The position numbers and the translations under genes are program-made. The notes under the pieces were generated by a model, which searched no databases, was not told the origin of the DNA, and worked only from the letters and a program-made list of their open reading frames with translations. Below, piece by piece: positions 1 through 6,436 of a stretch of DNA of 13,066 bases. The stretch comes from Bacteriovoracaceae bacterium (lineage in GTDB: Bacteria; Bdellovibrionota; Bacteriovoracia; Bacteriovoracales; Bacteriovoracaceae), in NCBI GenBank assembly GCA_049599895.1, contig JBMYPC010000088.1, positions 1-13,066 on the forward strand, in the 5' to 3' direction. The number at the start of each line of letters is the position of its first letter. Within the stretch, counting starts at the first letter, position 1.

Positions 1-2
1 CG

Positions 3-1010
3 TCAAAAGAACAACTGTTTTATACCAGAGTTGTTGGTTACCTCCAAGAAGGAAAGCGTGTTGAAAAATCTTTAAAAGAAAACGGAAACCCAATCGCTAA
101 AGCTGCAAATCAATTTAAAAGTATTTCAGCTGCAGGGCTTTCAGATACGCAAGAAGTGAATGCAAGAATTACTGCCGCTCAGGAGCAGATTCAAAAAATT
201 CTTAAAAATGAATTTTCTTCATTTCAAGAAATGGGAGAGGCAGCTAAAGCAATCGATGATCTCCAAGATGTCCCTTCTGCTTTTATCAGTGAAGTTTTAA
301 GAGAGGGGTTAAAGCAAGTCGCAGAAAAAGGACGAGGAAACTTGAAGAATAAAGCAAGTATCCTTTTAGCTCTCATCGAAAGCAGAGAGCAAGATGAAGA
401 CATCAAGGAGCCAACTCTTTTCAAGCATGCAAAAACAGCTGAAGAAGTTCAAGAAGATCAAAAGTTCCTCAATTTTCTAACGAGCAATGTTCAATCTTGT
501 TCTCCAGAGCTTGACCCAAAAATGAAGCCTTTTTTCACAGAGGCCTTTAATCGTGTAAGTGAAATTGAGCAAAGCCGAAACTCTCTTGATGAAGTTGCTT
601 TTCTTGATCTTTATAAAATGGCCCTCGAAATCTCAAGCCAATTAGAATTATTTGAATTTACTCCAAGCGAAGAAGAGAAATCTTATTACGAATACCTCAT
701 AAGCATTTCTGAGGAAGGTGAAGAAAGCGAACAGAGAGACTTTGCAGTAGAAATCCTCACAAAAAGTGTTAGAGAGCAGCTTTCATCATTAATGGATGCC
801 AAGATGACAATGATTATGGATCGTACTGATGAGATGGGTGTTTGTGTTAAAGGAATTGCTGATACTCAGGATGCAATCTTGAAAAGAAACCTCGCCCAAC
901 GTGAAGAAAGAGATGCGCTTCAAAACGAAACATATCTTTTAATAGATCTTCGCCAGACCCAAAAAGCAATTGAAAGCAATCACTCAGAACAACACATTGG
1001 ATTAGATTAA
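3..1010 (+). CDS. Hypothetical acidic alpha-helical/coiled-coil protein, 5'-truncated by the window edge
   Basis: The frame of ORF 156..1010 is open back to position 3 (SKEQLFYTRVVGYLQEGKRVEKSLKENGNPIAK...), so GTG 156 is probably internal. Glu-rich helical composition; stop TAA at 1008-1010. Confidence 0.75.
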   Translation, partial: SKEQLFYTRVVGYLQEGKRVEKSLKENGNPIAKAANQFKSISAAGLSDTQEVNARITAAQEQIQKILKNEFSSFQEMGEAAKAIDDLQDVPSAFISEVLREGLKQVAEKGRGNLKNKASILLALIESREQDEDIKEPTLFKHAKTAEEVQEDQKFLNFLTSNVQSCSPELDPKMKPFFTEAFNRVSEIEQSRNSLDEVAFLDLYKMALEISSQLELFEFTPSEEEKSYYEYLISISEEGEESEQRDFAVEILTKSVREQLSSLMDAKMTMIMDRTDEMGVCVKGIADTQDAILKRNLAQREERDALQNETYLLIDLRQTQKAIESNHSEQHIGLD

Positions 1011-1043
1011 AAATTAGAAAATATAAATTAGGAGAATACTAAT

Positions 1044-1433
1044 ATGAAAACAAAATCAATTTTATTCGCGAGCTTACTTGGTGCTGCTCTCACTCTTCAA
1101 AGTTGTGGAAACTTTAAACCAGGGCAAAGAGGAAACGCAGTAAATACAAACTCAAACAGCTCTTGTAATGCAAAAGCTTGTAACCAAAGAGTTTCTGGAA
1201 ATGTTGTTTCATTTGAAACTGATAGTGCTGACGGACAGGCCTATAACCTAACCCTTACAAGCGGTGATGGTTACTATAGTGAAACAGTGGCTTTTCAGTG
1301 TAACTTTGGTCAGTGTACTTCTCTTTATGGTTCAGGATTTGATGCTCAGGTTAATCAAGGTTCTGATTCAGATACAGTTGTCGTTAATTTTGGAAATTTA
1401 GATCTTAGTGGTGTAAGAGTTCAGGTTTTATAA
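1044..1433 (+). CDS. Small hypothetical lipoprotein with two CX4C motifs
   Basis: RBS AGGAG at 1030-1034; signal MKTKSILFASLLGAALTLQS-C (lipobox LQSC); CNAKAC and CNFGQC; beta-strand-like mature region. Confidence 0.8.
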   Translation: MKTKSILFASLLGAALTLQSCGNFKPGQRGNAVNTNSNSSCNAKACNQRVSGNVVSFETDSADGQAYNLTLTSGDGYYSETVAFQCNFGQCTSLYGSGFDAQVNQGSDSDTVVVNFGNLDLSGVRVQVL

Positions 1434-1440
1434 TAACGCT

Positions 1441-1458
1441 GGGGCTCTTTTGAGCCCC
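1441..1458. terminator. GC-rich hairpin after the lipoprotein gene, possible terminator
   Basis: GGGGCTC-TTTT-GAGCCCC, 7 nt after the stop; no clean U-tract follows. Confidence 0.5.
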
Positions 1459-1561
1459 CATGTATCTCTCCATATACCCCTCCGTTTTGACCCCTGAAGA
1501 TATTCTTTGTTTTATCTGATTCCTGAACGGAATCATCTGTCCGCTTGGTGCTTCGGTAGCT

Positions 1562-1614
1562 ATTCCGCCTGACGTTTCAAAACTGCCCACTGGGCACTTT
1601 TGCTACGAGTCGGT
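1562..1614. repeat. REP-like palindromic repeat, copy 1
   Basis: 47/53 identical to 6042-6094; core CAAAA-C-TGCCC-ACT-GGGCA-C-TTTTG. Confidence 0.85.
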
Positions 1615-1915
1615 GCCACTGGCAACCATTGCCGCAAACCGGTGCGCGCGGAGCGCAAATTCCGCTAAACTTTTCTTGAGAACAGAGGGCCTCCATGGAA
1701 TCTGAGCACAGATTTGGAGGCGATTATCAAAAAGACCGACCTAACTCCCTGGCTAAAACTTAGACATAAACCCCCAATATATAAGAATTTTTTCATTTTC
1801 GAACCTTTTGGGTCGATAAAGATATTAGGATTTGGTAAGAATCCCTAGTCTTTAACTAGGAAAAATGCTCCCGGTAACTGCTTGAATTTTCTGCAACTAT
1901 AATGAAATTAAGTGG

Positions 1916-1944
1916 TTGCCTTTGAAGCGGGGTGCCCTTAGAAT
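1916..1944 (+). promoter_or_regulatory. Putative sigma70 promoter of lpxC
   Basis: TTGCCT (1916-1921) - 17 nt - TAGAAT (1939-1944), 30 nt upstream of ATG 1975. Confidence 0.5.
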
Positions 1945-1974
1945 TGAAGACCTGGAATAGAGTTAGGCATAGTA

Positions 1975-2895
1975 ATGATTTATCAAAGAACGCTAGCAAA
2001 AAAAGTCAAAGTTGTAGGGATTGGAATCCACTCAGGCAAAAAAGTAAACCTGACTCTTCATCCTGCACCTGCTGACCACGGAATCGTCTTTAAAAGAGTT
2101 GATCTTAAAGACTCCGAGCCGCTTAAGGCCGATGCAACCAGCGTTGGTGCCACAGAAAACAATACGACAATTGGAAGTGGAAGAAATGCTGTTCACACTG
2201 TTGAGCATCTTCTTTCTGTTTTATACGGACTTGGTATTAATAATGTTTATTGTGAGATCGATGGACCTGAAGTTCCGATTATGGACGGATCTGGGGCATC
2301 ATTTGTTTTCCTTTTAAAGGAGACGGGAATTACCACTCTTAATAAGAGTAAAGAGTTTCTTATTATCCTCGAGCCAGTAGAAGTTAAGGTTGATGATAAA
2401 TGGGCAAGGTTTGAACCTTCAAATCGTCTGATCATTGAATCAACAATTGTCTTCTCTCACGCAAAAATCCAAACTCAGAAAAAATCATTTGAGTTCTCTT
2501 GTGAGAACTATATTGAAGAAATCTCAAGAGCGAGAACTTTTGGGATGCTTAAAGATGTTGATGCCCTTAAGAGAAAAGGTCTTATTAAAGGTGGAAGCCT
2601 TGATAATGCCATTGTTCTTGATGACTTCAATGTTGTGAACCCTGAAGGACTTCGTTTTCAGGACGAGTTCGTCAGACATAAGATCCTCGATACTCTTGGT
2701 GATATTGCTCTTCTTGGTTATGAGATTGCTGGTAAAGTCACAACTTATAAGTCAGGTCACAATATCCACAATCTTCTTTGCCGAAAGCTTCTTGAAACGC
2801 CTTCTGCATATCAAATCGTTTCTGCTTCAGCTCTTGAAAGAGATATTCTTGCTTCATTTGAGCTTCCGCAGACTATGATTGCTCCTGCTTACTAA
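1975..2895 (+). CDS. lpxC: UDP-3-O-acyl-N-acetylglucosamine deacetylase
   Basis: QRTL...GIGIHSG N-terminus, HTVEHLLS, EVPIMDGS, ARTFG, GGSLDNAIV, zinc motif RHKILDTLGD, KSGH; 306 aa. Confidence 0.98.
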   Translation: MIYQRTLAKKVKVVGIGIHSGKKVNLTLHPAPADHGIVFKRVDLKDSEPLKADATSVGATENNTTIGSGRNAVHTVEHLLSVLYGLGINNVYCEIDGPEVPIMDGSGASFVFLLKETGITTLNKSKEFLIILEPVEVKVDDKWARFEPSNRLIIESTIVFSHAKIQTQKKSFEFSCENYIEEISRARTFGMLKDVDALKRKGLIKGGSLDNAIVLDDFNVVNPEGLRFQDEFVRHKILDTLGDIALLGYEIAGKVTTYKSGHNIHNLLCRKLLETPSAYQIVSASALERDILASFELPQTMIAPAY

Positions 2896-2978
2896 AATTT
2901 AAGCACTTCTCACTCTTTTCTTGCCAAATAGCAGTATTCTTTAGATACATAGACACAAAGCATTTCTAGGGAGAAATT

Positions 2979-4700
2979 TTGAAGCTTTCAAAGATTGCAT
3001 GGCAAACCTATAAAGAAGTTCCAGCTGATGCTGAAATTCCAAGTCATCAACTAATGATGAGGGCCGGACTTATTCATAAGTCAGGATCAGGTCTTTATAG
3101 TTACCTTCCCTTTGGACTCAAGGTGCTTAGAAAAATTGAAAATATTGTTCGTGAAGAGCTCGATAAAGTAGGCTGCCAAGAAATCACTATGGCAGTCGTG
3201 ACTCCTGGAGAGCTTTGGCAAAAATCTGGTCGTTGGGACAAGATGGAAGGCCTCATGGTTCAGTTTAAAGACAAAGGTGGAAGAGATCTTTGTTTGAGTC
3301 CTACCAATGAAGAGGCGATTACTGATATTTTTTCTAAACTCGTTAAATCCTATAAGAATTTGCCAATAACTCTGTATCAAATTAATACAAAGTTTCGTGA
3401 TGAGATTCGTCCACGCTTTGGTCTTATGCGCGCTAGAGAATTCACTATGAAAGATGCCTATAGCTTTCATGAAGATCAGGCATCTCTTGAAAAAGTTTAT
3501 GATGAACTCTTTGAAGTTTACGAGTCGATTTTTAAGAGAATTGGCTTTGAGTTTTCTGCCGTTGAAGCAGATGGCGGTGCCATGGCAAGTGCTGATTCCA
3601 AAACTCATGAGTTTCAAGTTATCGCTGAAAATGGTGAAGATGAAATCGTTTATGTTGAAGGTGAATATGCCGCCAATATTGAAAAGGCGATGACAAAAAG
3701 AGCTGATCTTGATTTTGTAAGCTCTACTGATGAACTAAAAGATATTGAAACTCCTAATATGGCCACCATTGAAGACGTTTGTCATTTTCTTGGTCGTCCC
3801 CAGTGCCAAAGTCTTAAGTCTCTTGTTTATATAAGTATCATCGATGATGAAGCTACTCCTGTTCTCGTTCTTCTTTTGGGAGACGATCAACTTAATGATC
3901 TTAAGCTTAAAAATGCGCTTGGCTCTCATGAATTAAGACCGGCAACAGATGGGGAGCTTACAAACTTAGGTTTTGTAAAAGGCTTTATTGGTCCATTTGG
4001 CCTTAAAAAAGAAGTGAAGGTTTTCTTCGACTCGGCTGTGGATAAAGACTCCAATTATGTTGTGGGTGCCATGAAAGAGAACTGGCATAAAGAGAACTTT
4101 AAGCCGGGAAGAGATTTCTCAGGGCTTAAGTTTCTTGATTTAAGACTAGCTAAAGAAGGTGATCTTCATCCAGAAAGTGGAAAACCGGTCAAAATAAAAA
4201 GAGGAATTGAAGTTGGGCACATCTTTCATTTGGGAGATAAGTATACCGAGTCGATGGGAATTTCGATCCTTGATAAAAATGGAAAGGCCATGCACCCCTT
4301 AATGGGATGTTACGGACTTGGGATTACTCGAGTTGCAGCAGCGGCGATTGAACAGAGTCACGATGAGAAGGGAATTATTTGGCCAAAGGCCATCTCTCCT
4401 TTTCAAGTGCATTATTTAAGTATTGCAAAGTCCGATGAAACCAAAGCTAAGGCCGATGAGATTTATGAAGAGCTTCTCGCTTCAGAGTTTGAAGTTCTTT
4501 ATGATGACCGTAAAGTTGGGCCAGGGTTTAAGTTTAAAGATGCGGATCTTTTAGGATGTCCTATTCAGGTTGTTCTTGGAGAGCGAGTTTATAAAGAAAC
4601 AGGGAATGTGAAAATTATCAATCGAGCAACTGGTGATGAAAAAGAAGTCAAACCAGCTGATCTATTAAATGAAGTGAAGGCCCTGTGGAACCAGATCTAG
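2979..4700 (+). CDS. proS: Proline--tRNA ligase (bacterial type with INS editing domain)
   Basis: SHQLMMRAG, PTNEE, YQINTKFRDEIRPRFGLMRAREFTMKDAYSF, GIEVGHIF, MGCYGLG, DADLLG; 573 aa; TTG start preceded by a GGGAG RBS. Confidence 0.98.
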   Translation: MKLSKIAWQTYKEVPADAEIPSHQLMMRAGLIHKSGSGLYSYLPFGLKVLRKIENIVREELDKVGCQEITMAVVTPGELWQKSGRWDKMEGLMVQFKDKGGRDLCLSPTNEEAITDIFSKLVKSYKNLPITLYQINTKFRDEIRPRFGLMRAREFTMKDAYSFHEDQASLEKVYDELFEVYESIFKRIGFEFSAVEADGGAMASADSKTHEFQVIAENGEDEIVYVEGEYAANIEKAMTKRADLDFVSSTDELKDIETPNMATIEDVCHFLGRPQCQSLKSLVYISIIDDEATPVLVLLLGDDQLNDLKLKNALGSHELRPATDGELTNLGFVKGFIGPFGLKKEVKVFFDSAVDKDSNYVVGAMKENWHKENFKPGRDFSGLKFLDLRLAKEGDLHPESGKPVKIKRGIEVGHIFHLGDKYTESMGISILDKNGKAMHPLMGCYGLGITRVAAAAIEQSHDEKGIIWPKAISPFQVHYLSIAKSDETKAKADEIYEELLASEFEVLYDDRKVGPGFKFKDADLLGCPIQVVLGERVYKETGNVKIINRATGDEKEVKPADLLNEVKALWNQI

Positions 4701-5458
4701 AACAACTTGAAGTCATTGTAGGGCCTCATAGTATTATTCATGCAATCAATAACCCCAATCGAGGTTATAAAAAATTATTCACGACGAATGAAACCTATTC
4801 AGAGCTTCAAAAGCTTTATGGAAAAAAGTTTGAGTTTAAAACAGACATCTTTAAAGCCCATAAACTTCAAGAAGTAGCGAAAGAAAAAATTGAAGCTCTT
4901 GGATTTACTTATAGACGAATTCCAGGGAATGCTTTTTTACTCACATCAAAGCTTCCAGAAGTGGATAACCTTGAAATATATAATCAAATTGAAAAAAATG
5001 ATGAATATAGAATCGTTGTTCTTGATCAAGTCACAGATGTTCACAATGCTGCCGCGATTATGAGATCGGCGGCTTTTTATAATATTGATCTTTTGGTTGT
5101 TCCTGGAAAAAACTCCTTTCGAGTGGGTCCAAGTTTTACAAGAATTGCCAGTGGAGCCTATGAGCATTGCCAAATTTTGACCGTAGCATCAATGGCAAAA
5201 TTTTTAGCGAAAATAAAAGATAAAGGTGTGAGTCTGGTCGGTTTTTCTGAGCATGCGAAGCAGTATTGCCTTGAAACAACGCCAAGAAAGGTGGCCCTCG
5301 TGCTAGGGGCAGAGGACAAAGGCCTTTCTAATGCGACGTCTCGGCTTGTGGACGAGTTAATTTGTCTAAAGTCCTCTGGTCAGATCCATTCTCTCAATGT
5401 TTCCGTGGCGACAACTGTGGCCTTAGAAAGAGTACTAAATCCTTTAAAAAATACTTGA
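4685..5458 (+). CDS. SpoU/TrmH-family RNA 2'-O-methyltransferase, RlmB-like
   Basis: VLDQVTDVHNAAAIMRSA, ALVLGAEDKGLS and HSLNVSVA SPOUT motifs; overlaps the 3' end of proS by 16 nt. Confidence 0.9.
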   Translation: MEPDLEQLEVIVGPHSIIHAINNPNRGYKKLFTTNETYSELQKLYGKKFEFKTDIFKAHKLQEVAKEKIEALGFTYRRIPGNAFLLTSKLPEVDNLEIYNQIEKNDEYRIVVLDQVTDVHNAAAIMRSAAFYNIDLLVVPGKNSFRVGPSFTRIASGAYEHCQILTVASMAKFLAKIKDKGVSLVGFSEHAKQYCLETTPRKVALVLGAEDKGLSNATSRLVDELICLKSSGQIHSLNVSVATTVALERVLNPLKNT

Positions 5459-5483
5459 AATGACAGGCGAGCGGCATTATAAA
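5455..5483 (+). promoter_or_regulatory. Putative sigma70 promoter of the tRNA operon
   Basis: TTGAAA (5455-5460) - 17 nt - TATAAA (5478-5483), followed by a GC-rich GGCTCGC discriminator-like stretch. Confidence 0.6.
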
Positions 5484-5514
5484 TAAGGCTCGCAAATTTG
5501 CGGAAAGTTAATAA

Positions 5515-5590
5515 GCTGGCTTAGCTCAGTTGGTAGAGCAGCGGTTTTGTAAACCGCAGGTCGTAGGTTCGAGTCCTATAGCCAGCTCCA
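5515..5590 (+). tRNA. tRNA-Thr(UGU)
   Basis: Acceptor GCTGGCT/AGCCAGC, D-arm GCTCAGTTGGTAGAGC, anticodon arm GCGGT-TT-TGT-AA-ACCGC, GGTTCGAGTCC, encoded CCA; 76 nt. Confidence 0.97.
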
Positions 5591-5614
5591 GTATTTCCTC
5601 AAGTTTTTGAAGTG

Positions 5615-5699
5615 GGCGAGATGGCCGAGTGGTCAAAGGCAGCAGACTGTAAATCTGTCGGGTTTCCCTACGAAGGTTCGAATCCTTCTCTCGCCACCA
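5615..5699 (+). tRNA. tRNA-Tyr(GUA)
   Basis: Acceptor GGCGAGA/TCTCGCC-A-CCA, anticodon arm GCAGA-CT-GTA-AA-TCTGT, long variable arm, GAAGG-TTCGAAT-CCTTC; 85 nt. Confidence 0.97.
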
Positions 5700-5863
5700 C
5701 CGCTTCGCGAGAAAAAATGTCCGGTGGACATTTTTTACGCGTAAGCGGACTAGATCAACTTCACCAAGCGTCAGCGCCAAGTGAATTGATCGTATTCGCC
5801 GACAGGCGAACAAACAACTAAGCAAACCTAAGAGTTTCCTTAGAAAAGCTTCGAAAGCCACCA
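5700..5863. repeat. tRNA-Tyr-linked multi-hairpin insert ending in a duplicated tRNA 3' end
   Basis: Long hairpin 5700-5748 with core AAAAAATGTCC-GGT-GGACATTTTTT; further hairpins GATCAA.TTCAC/GTGAATTGATC and TTCGCC-GACA-GGCGAA; ends GAAA-GCCACCA (5857-5863 = 5693-5699). Confidence 0.7.
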
Positions 5864-5883
5864 AACTTTCAAAGGAGCAGAGC

Positions 5884-5912
5884 TAGACTTTCCGAACCCA
5901 CGTTAGTATAGT
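5884..5912 (+). promoter_or_regulatory. Putative internal sigma70 promoter for tRNA-Gly
   Basis: TAGACT (5884-5889) - 17 nt - TATAGT (5907-5912), 13 nt before tRNA-Gly. Confidence 0.5.
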
Positions 5913-5925
5913 TCTAATCTCTCAA

Positions 5926-6001
5926 GCGGGCGTAACTCAGTTGGTAGAGTGCCAGCCTTCCAAGCTGGATGTCGCAAGTTCGAACCTTGTCGCCCGCTCC
6001 A
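5926..6001 (+). tRNA. tRNA-Gly(UCC)
   Basis: Acceptor GCGGGCG/CGCCCGC-T-CCA, anticodon arm CCAGC-CT-TCC-AA-GCTGG, AAGTTCGAACCTT; 76 nt. Confidence 0.97.
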
Positions 6002-6041
6002 TTTTTCCTCGAATAAATTATTTACCAAGTTCATAATTACA

Positions 6042-6094
6042 ATTCCGCCCAACGTTTCAAAACTGTCCACTGGACACTTTTGCCACGGGTCGGT
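6042..6094. repeat. REP-like palindromic repeat, copy 2
   Basis: 47/53 identical to 1562-1614; core CAAAA-C-TGTCC-ACT-GGACA-C-TTTTG. Confidence 0.85.
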
Positions 6095-6109
6095 TGCTGC
6101 TTTGTGAAA

Positions 6110-6124
6110 GCCCGCTCCATTTTT
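6110..6124 (+). repeat. Direct repeat of the tRNA-Gly 3' end
   Basis: GCCCGCTCCATTTTT is identical at 5992-6006 and 6110-6124. Confidence 0.85.
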
Positions 6125-6205
6125 TCATTCAGGGTCGCAAATAGTTAAACACAGGTTCCAATGTCAATATTTTCGACAGTTTAGCAGGAGATTTTTCCTC
6201 GTACT

Positions 6206-6234
6206 TTGAAAAAAGAGTGGTTGTTTGCTATAAT
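6206..6234 (+). promoter_or_regulatory. Near-consensus sigma70 promoter with extended -10, upstream of the ncRNA/DUF3800 unit
   Basis: TTGAAA (6206-6211) - 17 nt - TATAAT (6229-6234), with TG at 6226-6227. Confidence 0.7.
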
Positions 6235-6319
6235 TACAATACGAATTGACTTATTTTTCTCAAGATATTAACTTGGCAATTCGTTAGGGAGATTTAAAGT
6301 TTTTTTATATTCTACCCGA

Positions 6320-6420
6320 TAAAGAGTAAAAGTTTAGCTGTTTGGTCCCCTTGTGGAACCGACGGTGTTAAAGAGATAAAAGAGTTGGTCGCTATACTAG
6401 GTAACCGACTCTTTTTTTTT
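6320..6420 (+). ncRNA. Candidate structured ncRNA/leader: two tandem A-rich-linker + hairpin units, the second a terminator
   Basis: Unit 1 TAAAGAG-TAAAAG...TTGGTC[cccttgtgg]AACCGAC; unit 2 TAAAGAGATAAAAG..TTGGTC[gctatactaggt]AACCGAC followed by TC and a T9 run; the stems contain G-U pairs. Confidence 0.55.
6378..6420 (+). terminator. Intrinsic terminator-like hairpin immediately upstream of the DUF3800 gene
   Basis: AAAAGAGTTGGT ... ACCGACTCTTTT stem running into a T-tract (6412-6420). Confidence 0.7.
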
Positions 6421-6436
6421 GCCAAGAAGGGAAACC

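Noticed and set aside
1460..1565. Glycine riboswitch-like words on the minus strand (CCGAAG, TCAGG, GGAGAG)
   Set aside because: Motif order and stems do not fit, and there is no suitable downstream gene on that strand.
1633..1670. c-di-GMP-I riboswitch resemblance (GCAAACC...CGCAAA...CTAAAC)
   Set aside because: No GNRA-capped P2 stem and no convincing P3/receptor or P1 pairing; a cmscan hit would be needed.
5526..5864. 112-aa minus-strand ORF and 69-aa ORF 5612..5821
   Set aside because: Shadows of the tRNA genes (WWREKDSNLR and GLEPTTCGLQNRCSTN are typical tRNA antisense translations).
6320..6411. CRISPR array interpretation
   Set aside because: Only two degenerate units, inner segments of 9-12 nt, and no cas genes.
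6419..6436. ORF-track start TTG 6419 for DUF3800
   Set aside because: Falls in the terminator T-tract with no SD; TTG 6437 has an SD and gives the family-typical N-terminus.
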